In this document: positions 9,706-23,027 of the stretch, one piece after another
How the letters are laid out: every line of letters starts with the position of its first letter
How positions within the stretch are numbered: position 1 is the first letter of the stretch
Assembly (NCBI RefSeq): GCF_006345805.1
Contig: NW_021832062.1
Span: forward strand, 1-29,632
Length of the DNA stretch: 29,632 nt
From: Octopus sinensis
Lineage: Eukaryota
Direction: 5' to 3'
Notes under the pieces: model-generated
Told to the model about the DNA's origin: nothing
The model's database searches: none
What the model saw: the letters and a program-made list of their open reading frames with translations, nothing else
Program-made: the position numbers and the translations under genes

Positions 9706-9753
9706 CATTTCAGTACCGGTTTCGGTCATTTTGAGACCTTTTCAACTGTAACG
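9706..9753 (-). ncRNA. Minimal type I hammerhead ribozyme motif (U3/A8 variant)
   Basis: Minus strand cguuacag-UUGAAAA-gguc(ucaaaau)gacc-GAAA-ccgg-UA|cugaaaug: 4-bp helix II, palindromic ACCGGU helix III, helix I with 7 of 8 pairs, predicted GUA cleavage between 9714 and 9713. Confidence 0.75.
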
Positions 9754-10108
9754 ATTAAATAATTAAATTTAGAAAAATTAGAAGAAAAGTTTTTTTAAAA
9801 AAGAATATTTCTATAGTAGTGTTCAGATATAAGTGGCATTCTGCCTTTCTCTGACTCCCTTGTTTGCACTTGTGTGTTCGGGTCGTTGTGAGTTCTTGGT
9901 AGGGTAGAAGAAAGAGAAGGCTGATGAGGAGAGGGGGTGGGAAAATCTGGGAGTGCCCTGATGGTCGTATTTTGAATGGTCAGTGGCGGCTAGCAGTCGC
10001 AGTTCAATTCAGGAGAATATTTCTATTGAAAGGCTTTTTTATGGAATTTGCGTAGGTGTTATACTAAAAGCATTAGTGACAAAGTTAAGAGGTAGAAGGT
10101 GGAGAAGT

Positions 10109-10350
10109 AGAAGAAGAAGAAGAAGAAGAAGAAGAAGAAGAAGAAGAAGAAGAAGAAGAAGAAGAAGAAGAAGAAGAAGAAGAAGAAGAAGAAGGAGAAG
10201 AAGAAGAAGATGACGATGTTGATGATGATGAAGAAGAAGAAGGAGAAGATGATGATGATGATGGTGGTGATGATGATGGTGGTGATGATGATGACGACGA
10301 TGATGATGATAATGATAATGAAGAAGAGGAAGAGGAAGAAGAAGAAAAAA
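10109..10350. repeat. (GAA)n microsatellite (~100 bp, one GGA interruption) followed by mixed GAT/GGT/GAA triplets
   Basis: Directly visible; lies inside the Penelope 3' region. Confidence 0.95.
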
Positions 10351-10515
10351 CAGAGAAGGGAGAATATGAATGGGTGAAAGTAGTGAGGTGTTGTATGGCT
10401 TGAAGTTGGCATGTTATGGGTTATAGCTGTGACTATAGCTGTGATTAGTAATGGATTCTTTGGAATGTAATATTTGTGTGTGTATATATTTCTTTTATTC
10501 TAAAGTTGAGGTATA

Positions 10516-11363
10516 TTAATTGTTTGTCGTAGACCCGTTAAGAAGTGGCCTGTATTTTGTAATAAAGAGAGTTTCTTTACTTATTCGTTGTCTCGAGGTT
10601 GTATCGTCCCTAAATTGGTAGAGGGGGAAAATCCTGAAGCTTGGTGTTCTTTTGTTGGCGCAAGTATCTATGTGTTGGCTAAAAGCTATTTTTCTGTTTT
10701 GGGGAATTTTTATCTGGGATCTGTGCAGGGCCATTCGTTTACGCAAACTAGTTTTTGTTTGGCCTATGTACTGCTCTTGACACCCGGAGCAGGTTAGTGA
10801 GTATATTAGGTTCTCCGAAGCACATGTGAAGTTGCTTTTCACTGTAAACCGTTGTCCCTGTTTGAAGGAGAACTCTGATCCCTCAATTAGATAGTCGCAT
10901 ATCCCGCAATTGGGTCTTCCACATTGTTTACTGTCGGCTTCTGTGTTGAAGAGTGAATTCGGGCTTGTGTTAGGAGACTTTTCATGGATTTAGGCTGTCT
11001 TTTGCTTTTTATGATCGTGTGTGTTTGGAGGATTGTGTTCATTCTGTGGTCTTTTTTTAGGAGGGGTATGTTGTGGAGGATGGTGCCGAAGGCTTCGTTA
11101 TTGAGAGGGTTGTGTGTGGAGATGTATGGTAAGGCTTTTGGTTGTAAGTTATTCTTTGATTTGGGATGTCTCAGTTCCTTGATGTTAAGTTGAAGGGCAC
11201 GTCGAATGCACTTGTCAATAAGTGAAGGTGGATAGTTCCTGGTGATAAGGGTATCTTTTAGTTCTTGTAGTTGTGTGTCTCTGGTGTTTGCGTTAGAGAC
11301 TATAGTGCATATCCTTTTTGCTAGATTGAAGGGGATATTCATCCTGGTGTGTCTGGGGTGGCA
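10516..11363 (-). pseudogene. Penelope ORF C-terminal part: RT thumb, Cys linker, GIY-YIG endonuclease; single 1-nt frameshift
   Basis: CHPRHTRMNIPFNLAKRICTIVS...KSKRQPKSMKSLLT; after the shift at 10927-10929, KQCGRPNCGICDYL...NLIYSLTCSGCQEQYIGQT..LRKRMALH...SKETLFITKYRPLLN, stop at 10516-10518. Confidence 0.9.
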
Positions 11364-11365
11364 TA

Positions 11366-11403
<38 letters not shown>

Positions 11404-11415
11404 ATATATTATATA

Positions 11416-11461
<46 letters not shown>

Positions 11462-12105
11462 CACACACATATAATACATCTATTATACATATATGTATAT
11501 ACATATATACAATATTGGCCTGTTCGCTTAGCCGGCGAGGTGGCGTCATTCGAAGGCTAAAACAAAGCGAACGCATTGTGACCAGCGATGTGTAACTACA
11601 TCTGATGGACATGTCGGTCACGTGATGGTGATGGTGATATACAATATAGATACATAACATACAAACACACACAAACATACACACACACACACACACACAC
11701 AGACACATATATATATAAATTGATGAATGAATTATTCTTTGTCTACGTTAACATGGAAAATTCAATAAACGGTTACCAGGGCAGCAACATTCACGCAAGT
11801 AACAAGGATGTAGCGACCTATTCAAAGGTAGAAACTCCGGGTTAATGTGCAGTAATTTGTGTAGTATAAGTAAATAAATGGAGTTGAATGCAGATATTAT
11901 TCGAATTCTTTTATATTCGACATATGTTTCAAAGACAACATTGGTTTTATTCCAAAGGAATAAACGGTGTAAAATAATGCAATCTTCTCATCAGGAAAGA
12001 AAGAGAAGCTATACATACATACATTAATGTATTTAACATACATACATATATAATATATATATATATATATGTATATATATGTATATATATATTTATATAT
12101 ATATA

Positions 12106-12177
<72 letters not shown>

Positions 12178-12319
12178 TATAGTGTTGTATGTATATGTAT
12201 ATATATATAATTAAATATTATTATACATATATTAGGGATATGTTAGCCTTTGGAAGGGATAGATGTATTGAAGGAAATACTGATTCTACCATATAAGTGT
12301 ATGTATATATATGTTATGT

Positions 12320-12374
<55 letters not shown>

Positions 12375-12375
12375 G

Positions 12376-12407
<32 letters not shown>

Positions 12408-12663
12408 TATATTATATATTATATATATATATATATAATATATATATATAATACACACACATATAATACATCTATTATACATATATGTATATACATATAT
12501 ACAATATTGGCCTGCTCGCTTAGCCGGCGGGGTGGCGTCATTCGAAGGCTAAAACAATGCGAACGCATTGTGACCAGCGATGTGTAACTACATCTGATGG
12601 ACTGGTCGGTCACGTGATGGTGATGGTGATATACAATATAGATACATAACATACAAACACACA

Positions 12664-12695
<32 letters not shown>

Positions 12696-13048
12696 TAATA
12701 TATATAAATCGATGAATGAATTATTCTTTGTCTACGTTAACATGGAAAATTCAACAAACGGTTACCAGGGCAGCAACATTCATGCAAGTAACAAGGATGT
12801 AGCGACCTATTCAAAGGTTGAGACTCCGGGTTGACGTGCAGTAATTTGTGTAGTATAAGTAAATAAATGGAGTTGGATGCAGATATTATTCGAATTCTTT
12901 TATATTCGACATATGTTTCAAAGACAACATTGGTTTTATTCCAAAGGAATAAACGGTGTAAAATAATAATCTTCTCATCAGGAAGAAAGAGAACCTATAC
13001 ATACAGTTAATGTATTTAACATACATACATATATATATATATAATATA

Positions 13049-13089
<41 letters not shown>

Positions 13090-13239
13090 ATATATATTAA
13101 ATATATATGTATACATATAATTAGGGGATATGTTAGCCTTTGGAAGGATAGATTGTTTGAAGGAAATACTGATTCTACCATATAAGTGTATGTAAATATA
13201 TTGTATATAATGTATAAATATATATATATATGTGAGTGC

Positions 13240-13275
<36 letters not shown>

Positions 13276-13557
13276 CATATATATATTATATTATATATAT
13301 ATATATATATTATATATATATATTATATTATATAATACACACACATATAATACATCTATTATACATATGTATATATACATATACAATTTGGCCTGCTCGC
13401 TTAGCCGGCGGGGTGGCGTCATTCGAAGGCTAAAACAATGCGAACCATTGTGACCAGCGATGTGTAACTACATCTGATGGACTGGTCATGTGATGGTGAT
13501 GGTGATATACAATATAGATACATAACATACAAACACACACACACCATACACCACACC

Positions 13558-13593
<36 letters not shown>

Positions 13594-13973
13594 AATCGAT
13601 GAATGAATTATTCTTTGTTTCCCGTTACATGAAAATTCATAAACGGTTTCCAGGGTAGCAACATTCACGCAAGTAACAAGGATTAGCGACCTATTCAAAG
13701 GTAGAACTCCGGGTTAACGTGCAGTAATTTGTGTAGTATAAGTAAATAAATGGAGTTGAATGCAGATGTTATTCGAATTCTTTTATATTCGACATATGTT
13801 TTCAAAGACAACATTGGTTTTATTCCAAAGGAATAAACGGTGTAAAACAATGCAATCTTCTCATCAGGAAGGAAAGAGAACTAATCTCAACAACAAACAT
13901 TGTATTTATATATATATATATATCTATATATATATATATATTATATATATATATAATATATATATTATATATA

Positions 13974-16539
13974 GGCTATTAGACAAAAGGGCTATTAGAC
14001 AAAAGAAACAGGCTTGGAGGGACTGGAAGAACGGTGGTAGCAGGGAATTGTATCAGACAGCCAGAAGGGAAGCTAGGAGACAGGTTTATTTAGCCAGAGG
14101 GGAAGCAGATAAGAAAAACTTTGCCAATGTTCTGAGCCGTGAGGATGAAGGAGTTGAGGTATTTCGTGTTGCAAGACAGTGTGTGAGAGATAATCGTGAT
14201 GTGGTGGGAGAGAAATGTGTCCGCATGGATGATGGCTCACTTGCGCTAAATGAGGATGCAAAGAGAGAGGTTTGGAGACGCCACTATGAAAGGTTGCTGA
14301 ATAAAGAAAATGAATGGAAGAAAGAGAGTCTGCCGAATGTCGACCCAGTAGAGGGACCAGCTATCCAAGTTGACAGTTCTTTGGTAGATAAGGCAATTAG
14401 AAGCATGAAGACAAGGAAAGCCCCAGGTCCATCAGGAATTACTGCAGAGATGCTCAAAATATCTGGCAGTGTCGGCTATAACCTGGTCACCCGTATAGTT
14501 AATCAGGTGATACACGAAGGAGTCATACCCAATGACTGGTGTAGCAGCATAATAGTCAACTGCTACAAAGGTAAATGTGACGCCCTAGATACAATTACAG
14601 AGGTATCAAGCTGTTGGATCAGGTAATGAAGGTTACGGAGAGGGTTATAGCCCAACTAATTAGAGAGAGAGTTAGTTTAGATGAGATGCAGTTTTGGGTT
14701 TGTGCAACTGATGCCATATTCCTGGTAAGACAGCTGCAGGAGAAATACCTAGCAAAAGATAAGCCCCTGTACCTGGCTTTCGTTGACATGGAGAAAGCCT
14801 TTGACAGGTTCCCCCGATCCCTTATCTAGTGGTCAATGAGGAAACTAGGGATAGATGAATGGCTGGTGAGGGCTGTGCAAGCCATGTACAGGGATGCCGT
14901 AAGTAAGGTTAGGGTTGGCAACATGTACACAGAAGAATTCAAAGTAGAGGTTGGGTCCACCAGGGTTCAGTACTCAGCCCCCTCCTATTTATCATAGTCC
15001 TCCAGGCAATCACGGAGGAATTCAAGACAGGTTGCCCCTGGGAGCTCCTATATGCTGACGACCTTGCTCTAATTGCTGGGTCACTATCAGAACTGGAGGA
15101 GAAGTTCCAGGTGTGGAAGGAGGGTTTAGAATCGAGGGGCGTTAGAGTCAACCTAGCTAAAACCAAAGTACTAATAAGTAGGAAGGTAGACAATCCACAA
15201 ATGTCTTTAGGAAGATGGCCCTGCTCGATCTGTAGAAAAGGTGTATGTAGAAACTCTATAAGATGTACCCAGTGTAAGCTATGGACACATAAGAGGTGCA
15301 GCAATGTCAAAGGAAGGCTAACTGGGAAGATAGTTTTTGTATGTGGCAGATGCTCGGGAGCATTAATCTCTGAAAATCTGCAGAAAACAACTTCCGTCAC
15401 TTTCCAGGGGGAAAAACTAGAAGTAGTTGATAGCTTCCGTTACCTAGGTGACCAAGTCAGTAGTGGGGGTGGGTGCGTTGAAAGTGTAACTGCTAGAGTT
15501 AAGAATAGCCTGGGCAACGTTTAGGGAGCTCTTACCTCTGTTGGTGACTAAAGGCCACTCGCTCAGAGTAAAAGGCAGACTGTATGATGCATGTGTACGA
15601 ACAGCCATGCTACATGGCAGTGAAACATGGGCCGTGACTGCTGAGGACATGCGTAAGCTCGCGAGGAATGAAGCCAGAATGCTCCGATGGATGTGTAATG
15701 TCAGTGTACACACTCGACAGAGCGTTAGTACCTTGAGAGAAATGTTGTACCTAAGAAGCATCAGTTGTGGTGTGCAAGAAAGACGATTGCGCTGGTATGG
15801 TCATGTGGCGAGAATGGATGAAGATAGGTGTGTGAAAAAGTGCCAATCCCTAGCAGTTGAGGGAACCCGTGGAAGAGGTAGACCCAGGAAAACCTGGGAC
15901 GAGGTGGTGAAGCACATCCTTCGAACTTTAGGCCTCACTGAGGAAATGACCAGCGACCGAGACCTTTGGAAATATGCTGTACGTTAGAAGACGAGGCAGG
16001 ACAAGTGAGTCCAGCCCACTTATGCATGCCTTTCCTCCCTTCGACACAAAGACCTGTTGAGGCAAGCGAAGTCGATATCGAACCTCATCCGACGACAGGC
16101 ACCCATGCCAACCCCCTTTGCTTGCGAAGACCTGTTAGGGCAAGTGAAATCGAAATCGGAATCGGAATCGAAATTTAACCAATCCTATGACTGGCACCCG
16201 GCAGATGCCAGGACCCCTGGACTGGTAGTACGTTAAAAGCACTATCCGACTCGTGGCCGATGCCAGAGCCGCCTCGACTGGCTTCCATGCCGGTGGCACG
16301 TAAAATGCACCTATCCGACTGTGGCCATTGCCAGCCTCACCTGGCACCTGTGCCGGTGGCACGTGAGAAGCCCCCACAAAACTCACGGAGTGGTTGGCGT
16401 TAGGAAGGGCATCCAGCTGTAGAAACATTGCCAGATAAGATTGGAGCCTGGTGCAGGCTTCTGACTTCCCAGATCCCCGGTCGAACCGTCCAACCCATGC
16501 TAGCATGGAGAACGGACGTTAAACGATGATGATGATGAT
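13974..16539 (+). mobile_element. 5'-truncated, decayed RTE-clade LINE with 3' UTR and (GAT)n tail
   Basis: ORF pieces KAPGPSGITAEMLK, AFVDMEKAFDR, HQGSVLSPLLF, LLYADD (YADD 15051-15062), LRWYGHVARM, RGRGRPRKTW; several frameshifts and an in-frame TAG (14827-14829); tail 16525-16539. The endonuclease domain is missing. Confidence 0.92.
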
Positions 16540-17289
16540 ACACCTGGCGATGTTTCTCAAATCAGAATTCGGACACCATGTCCCACCCAAGTAGAGAGTT
16601 ATAGCTTACAAAGACATATCTTGGTAAACGAAGTTTATTCGGGATTTTTTGAAGGAATTTTTCCAGAGACTTCTTGAACTTTATGGTCCATATATATACA
16701 TGTAAATATATGTATACACACACACAGACACACACATATATATATATATATACATAAATATACATGTATATAAGTATTATATACACTCATCCAAATGTAT
16801 GTCTGTGTCTGCCTTTTCTTTAATTTGTTAAAATCATTGTCCGATATTTTTTAGTTGTTGCTTTGTTATATCTCTCTATGCTTTATTGCACCCACCCTCT
16901 GCCTGTCTGTCTGCCTCTCTCTCCCTTCCCACTCTCTCACTCTTAGTCTCTCCCTCTCATTTTCATAGTTAAGTCACGTTGCCGCTTTACTTAGGAAGTT
17001 AAATATTTAGAGGAGAAACAGATTAGATTTCTATTCAATAATGAATATGGTTCATATTCGTAAGATTTGTTCAACTACGCTCTAGCTGGAGCATTTTAGA
17101 TCATAAAACATATATATACATATATATATACACACACACATAAATATGCATGTATATATATATATATACATGCACACATATTTGTGCGTATATATATATG
17201 TGTGTGTGTGTGTATATATAATTATTTCATATATATTGTGTGTATATATATATATATTACGTACATATATGTATATATATATATATATC

Positions 17290-17327
<38 letters not shown>

Positions 17328-17460
17328 ATATATATATATATGTATATTGATAGATAGATATATAGGTTATATAGATTCTATGCATGTATATATACATAAG
17401 TCTATAGGTATATGTATATGCAGCAGATGTATGTATATGTATATATATAATATATAGGTG

Positions 17461-17521
<61 letters not shown>

Positions 17522-17523
<2 letters not shown>

Positions 17524-18180
17524 CACCTGGCGATGTTTGTCAAATCAGAATTCGGACACCATGTCCCAGCCAAGTAGAGAGTTATAGTTTACAGAGACAT
17601 ATCTTTGGTAAACGAATTTTATTCGGGATTTTTTGAAGGAATTTTTCCAGAGACTTCTTCAACTTTATGGGGTCTGTTTCTGCTTTAATGTTTTGATATC
17701 ATGTTAAAGAGAGTGGGGCCATTTGATGTGAAACAATTGTGCCAAATTGTTATTATGAGATGCAAGTGGGATTTATGTGGTTGGTGGATCGCATGGGGCA
17801 GAAGTCTTGGGTGTATCTTAAAGGAGATGCCAGCATCATTCGGGAACTGCTGCTGGAATATTTACCACATCATGCTGATGATACAGTGCTCGTGACGACA
17901 TTGAAGAGAATAAAGCTTTAGCTTTTCTAGTCGACGACTCCAATGGTCAAGGACTGTCACTTTTGTAATTGACCTTTGAGGTGCTTTAAGTTCCATGGGA
18001 ATTTGTTCTGTGAGGGGAGACCACAGTGGACAACTGTATTGAAAGAGGGGTCAGGCAAAAGTGGAGAAGAGAAGGATAATGGTGAGGATATCAGGATATC
18101 TCTCGACTGGAGAGTTCTGAGAATCCAGGAACACATTCTGCTAACCATGTTAACTTTGCTGTGTATATGAGCGGCCCACC
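17522..18180 (-). pseudogene. CR1-group LINE ORF2 3' fragment (array unit)
   Basis: MVSRMCSWILRT.QSRD...YSCPLWSP...RLEKLKLYSL...PND AGISF..HPRL...GPTLFN...KKSLEKFLQKIP; frameshifted. Confidence 0.85.
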
Positions 18181-18431
18181 TTCTATATATATGTATATCT
18201 ATCTGTCTGTGTGTGTGTCTATCTACGTTTCTACCTATCTATCTCTCTCTCTCTATATATATATATATACACACATACATACACATATATATAGACATAC
18301 ATGTAAATATATGTATATACAATTATTTCATATATATATTGTGTATACGTTCCATATATACATATATATATTGTGTGTATATATACATATTAGGTATGTA
18401 TATGTATATATATATACATATATTATGTATG

Positions 18432-18481
<50 letters not shown>

Positions 18482-18932
18482 TATACACGTAAATATATGT
18501 ATACACACACACACATACCTTTTTTGAATATACATGTATATAAGTATTATATACACTCATCCAAATGTATGTCTGTGTCTGCCTTTTCTTTAATTTGTTA
18601 AAATCATTGTCCGATATTTTTTAGTTGTTGCTTTGTTATATCTCTCTATGCTTTATTGCACCCACCCTCTGCCTGTCTGTCTGCCTCTCTCTCCCTCACC
18701 ACCCTCTCACTCTTAGTCTCTCCCTCTCCCTTTCATAGTTAAGTAACGTTTCCGCTTTACTTAGGAAGTTAAATATTTAGAGAAGAAACAGATTAGATTT
18801 CTATTCAATAATGAATATGGTTCATATTCGTAAGATTTGTTCAACCACGCCCTAGCTGGAGCATTTTAGATCATAAAACATATATATACATATATATATA
18901 CACACACACATAAATATGCATGTATATGTATA

Positions 18933-18999
<67 letters not shown>

Positions 19000-19152
19000 C
19001 ATGCACACATATTTGTGCGTATATATATATGTGTGTGTGTGTGTATATATATATTATGTACGTATATGTATATATATATATATCTATATCTGTCTATCTA
19101 TCTATTTTATATATTATATAATATATATATAATATTATATATATATATATAT

Positions 19153-19223
<71 letters not shown>

Positions 19224-19381
19224 TATATACATTCTATGCATGTATATATATATATAAAAATTATTAAAAAATATAAAAAAATTTTTTATGTATTGATTAA
19301 GTCTTTCCTTGTTTGATTTGCAAAATAGTGGTTTTTTTCTCGAATTAATATTATATATACATATATATAATATATATATAT

Positions 19382-19422
<41 letters not shown>

Positions 19423-19489
19423 TCTATAGGTATATGTATATGCAGCAGATGTATGTATATGTATATATGTATGTATATGTGTATATGTG

Positions 19490-19556
<67 letters not shown>

Positions 19557-19575
19557 TATATATATATATATAATA

Positions 19576-20233
19576 TACACCTGGCGATGTTTGTCAAATC
19601 AGAATTCGGACACCATGTCCCAGCCAAGTAGAGAGTTATAGTTTACAGACATATCTTAGTGAACGAAGTTGATTCGGGATTTTTTGAAGGAATTTTTCCA
19701 GAGACTTCTTCAACTTTATGGGGTCTGTTTCTGCTTTAATGTGTTTTGATATCATGTTAAAGAGAGTGGGGCCACTTGATGTGAAATAATTTTGCCAAAT
19801 TGTTATTATGAGATGCAAGTGGGATTTATGTGTTTGGTGGATCGCATGGGGCAGAAGTCTTGGGTGTGTCTTAAAGGAGATGCCAGCATCATTCGGGAAC
19901 TGCTGCTGGAATATTTTCCAGATCATGCAGATGATACAGCGTGCGTGACGACATTGAAGAGAATAAAGCTTTAGCTTTTCTAGTCGACGACTCCAATGGT
20001 CAAGGACTGTCATTTTTGTAATTAATCTTTGAGGTACTTTAAGTTTTATGGGAATTTGTTCTGTGAGGGGAGACCACAGGGGACAACTGTATTGAAAGAG
20101 GGGTCAGGCAAAAGTGGAGAAGAGAAGGATAATGGTGAGGATATCAGGATATCTCTCGACTGGAAAGTTCTGAGAATCCAGGAACACATTCTGCTGACCA
20201 TGTTACCTTTGCTGTGTATATGAGCGGCCCACC
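19576..20233 (-). pseudogene. CR1-group LINE ORF2 3' fragment (second array unit)
   Basis: ORF 19636-20013: LDHWSRRLEKLKLYSLQCR...IWKIFQQQFPNDAGISFKTHPRL...SGPTLFNMISKHIKAETDPIKLKKSLEKFLQKIPN; near-copy of 17522-18180. Shorter 3' remnants lie at 16541-16688 and 23980-24070. Confidence 0.85.
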
Positions 20234-20792
20234 TTCTCTATATATGTAAATCTATCTGTCTGTCTGTGTGTCTATCTACGTATCTATCTATGTATATATA
20301 TATATATATATATACACATATATATATACACATATATATACTCACATACGTACACCTATATATAGATATACATGTAAATATATGTATACACACGCACACA
20401 CACACACATATATATATGTATATATATATATATACATGTATATATGTATTATATACACTCATCCAAATGTATGTCTGTGTCTGCCTTTTCTTTAATTTGT
20501 TAAAATCATTGTCCGATATTTTTTAGTTGTTGCGTTGTTATATCTCTCTATGCTTTATTGCACCCACCCTCTGCCTGTCTGTCTGCCTCTCTCTCCCTCC
20601 CCGCCCTCTCACTCTTAGTCTCTCCCTCTCCTTTTCATAGTTAAGTCACGTTGCCGCTTTACTTAGGAAGTTAAATATTTAGAGAAGAAAAAGATTAGAT
20701 TTCTATTCAATAATGAATATGGTTCAATTTCGTAAGATTTGTTCAACCACACCCTAGCTGGATCATTTTAGATCATAAAACATATATATATA

Positions 20793-21003
20793 GACGCAGG
20801 ATTAGTTGTGTGGTAAGTAGCTTGCTAACCAACCACATTGTTCCGGCTTCTGTCCCACTGCGTGGCATCTTGGGCAAGTGTCTTCTGCTATAGCCTCGGG
20901 CCGACCAATGCCTTGTGAGTGGATTTGGTAGACGGAAACTGAAAGAAGCCCGTCGTATATATGTATAATATTATATATAATATAATATATATATATAATA
21001 TTG

Positions 21004-21050
<47 letters not shown>

Positions 21051-21257
21051 TGTCTTTGTGTGTCTGTGTTTGTCCCCCTTGCATTGCTTGACAACCGATG
21101 CTGGTGTGTTTATGTCCCCGTTACTTAGCGGTTCCGTGAAAGAGACCGATAGAATAAGTACTGGGCTTACAAGAGAATAAGTCGCGGGGTTGAGTTGCTC
21201 GATTAAAGGCGGTGTTCCAACATGGCCGCAGTCAAATGACTGAAACAAGTAAAAGAG
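20793..21257 (+). mobile_element. Near full-length tRNA-derived SINE
   Basis: Head gacgcaggattagttgtgtggtaag (A-box-like) and ggcttctgtccc (degenerate B box), body tcttgggcaagtgtcttc, internal (TA)/(TG)n, 3' end ggcggtgttccaacatggccgcagtcaaatgactgaaacaagtaaaagag; absent from the other G-block flanks. Confidence 0.85.
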
Positions 21258-21296
21258 TATATATACACACACATAAATATGCATGTATATGTATAT

Positions 21297-21327
<31 letters not shown>

Positions 21328-21548
21328 CATGCACATATATATATATATTGTGTGTACATATATATGTGTGTGTGTGTATATATAATTATTTCATATATAT
21401 ATTGTGTATACATTCTATATATACATATATATATTGTGTGTATATATATATATATATATTATGTATATATTATGTATATATATATATATCTATATCTATC
21501 TATCGATATATATATAAATATATATATCGATATATATACATTCTATGC

Positions 21549-21603
<55 letters not shown>

Positions 21604-21667
21604 TCTATAGGTATATATATATGCAGCAGAAGTTGTATGTATATGTATATATGTGTTTATATAAAGT

Positions 21668-21955
21668 CTACAACTCTTTCCTGCAATCAGACCGAGACAC
21701 AATGCAGCAATGGATCACAGACTGGCAACTGAAACTGGCTGTGGACAAGTGTACCACCATGCATTTTGGGAGAAAAAACCCTGCGTCCACATACTCCCTC
21801 CACAACATTGATATCAAGAAATCCTCTTGCGAGCGTGACCTAGGCATCACTGTCAGCAGTGATTTGCGTTGGACAAAGCATATCTCTAAAATTGTCAGAA
21901 GGCCGAGGGTGGCTTGGCATCACTTAGCAAGACTTTTGTTAGCCGCTCTCCAGCC
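21668..21955 (+). pseudogene. CR1/L2-group LINE RT C-terminal fragment
   Basis: [39 protein letters not shown]...[22 protein letters not shown]; typical post-YADD region. Confidence 0.85.
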
Positions 21956-21987
21956 ATCTGTCTGTGGTCTATCTACGTATCTATCTA

Positions 21988-22047
<60 letters not shown>

Positions 22048-22862
22048 AATATACACACACACAAATATATATATATACACACATACATACACATATATAT
22101 AGACATACATGTACATATATGTATATACAATTATTTCATATATATATTGTGTGTATATATATTATGTATATATATATATATATATCTATATATATAGATA
22201 TACATGTAAATATATGTATACACACACACACATATATATATATATACATATACATACATGTATATAAGTATTATATACACTCATCCAAATGTATGTCTGT
22301 GTCTGCCTTTTCTTTAATTTGTTAAAATCATTGTCCGATATTTTTTAGTTGTTGCTTTGTTATATCTCCCTATGCTTTATTGCACCCACCCTCTGCCAGT
22401 CTGTCTGCCTCTCTCTCTCCCTCCCCGCCCTCTCACTCTTAGTCTCCCCCTCTCCTTTTCATAGTTAAGTCACGTTGCCGCTTTACTTAGGAAGTTAAAT
22501 ATTTAGAGGAGAAACAGATTAGATTTCTATTCAATAATGAATATGGTTCAATTTCGTAAGATTTGTTCAACCACACCCTAGCTGGAGCATTTTAGATCAT
22601 AAAACACATATATATACATATATATATACACACACACATAAATATGCATGTATATGTATATATATATATATACATACACACATATATATATACATATATA
22701 TATATATGTGTGTGTGTATATATATAATTATTTCATATATATATTGTGTATACATTCTCTATAAACATATATATATATTATGTATGTATATTTATATATA
22801 TATATATCTATATCTATCTATCTATCTATTTTTATATATATAGATATATATACATTCTATGC

Positions 22863-22920
<58 letters not shown>

Positions 22921-22987
22921 GTATATATATGTCTATAGGTATATGTATATGCAGCAGGAGATGTATGTATATGTGTTTATATATATA

Positions 22988-23027
<40 letters not shown>

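Larger units (their letters stand above)
9659..11363 (-). mobile_element. 5'-truncated Penelope-like retroelement
   Basis: RT-thumb + GIY-YIG ORF at 11363-10516 followed by an ~860-bp 3' region with a hammerhead motif; both ends abut (TA)n. Confidence 0.85.
6100..13910. repeat. Composite tandem array (blocks B-C-D separated by microsatellites), interrupted by Helitrons, an RTE 3' UTR and a Penelope element
   Basis: Block B (taatta.gggatatgttagcc...ctaccatataagtgt) at ~6110, 6840, 9515, 12225, 13105; block D at ~6437, 7258, 11717, 12706, 13592; block C at 7061, 11516, 12508, 13389. Confidence 0.9.

Noticed and set aside
9983-10412. Poly-Arg and poly-Phe ORFs
   Set aside because: Readings of the (GAA)n tract.
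13760-13973. N-terminal part of the 288-aa ORF
   Set aside because: Chance read-through from array block D and (TA)n into the RTE frame; only sequence from ~13990 is RTE coding.
20793-20870. tRNA gene
   Set aside because: Degenerate A/B boxes continue into a SINE body; no acceptor stem or full cloverleaf.
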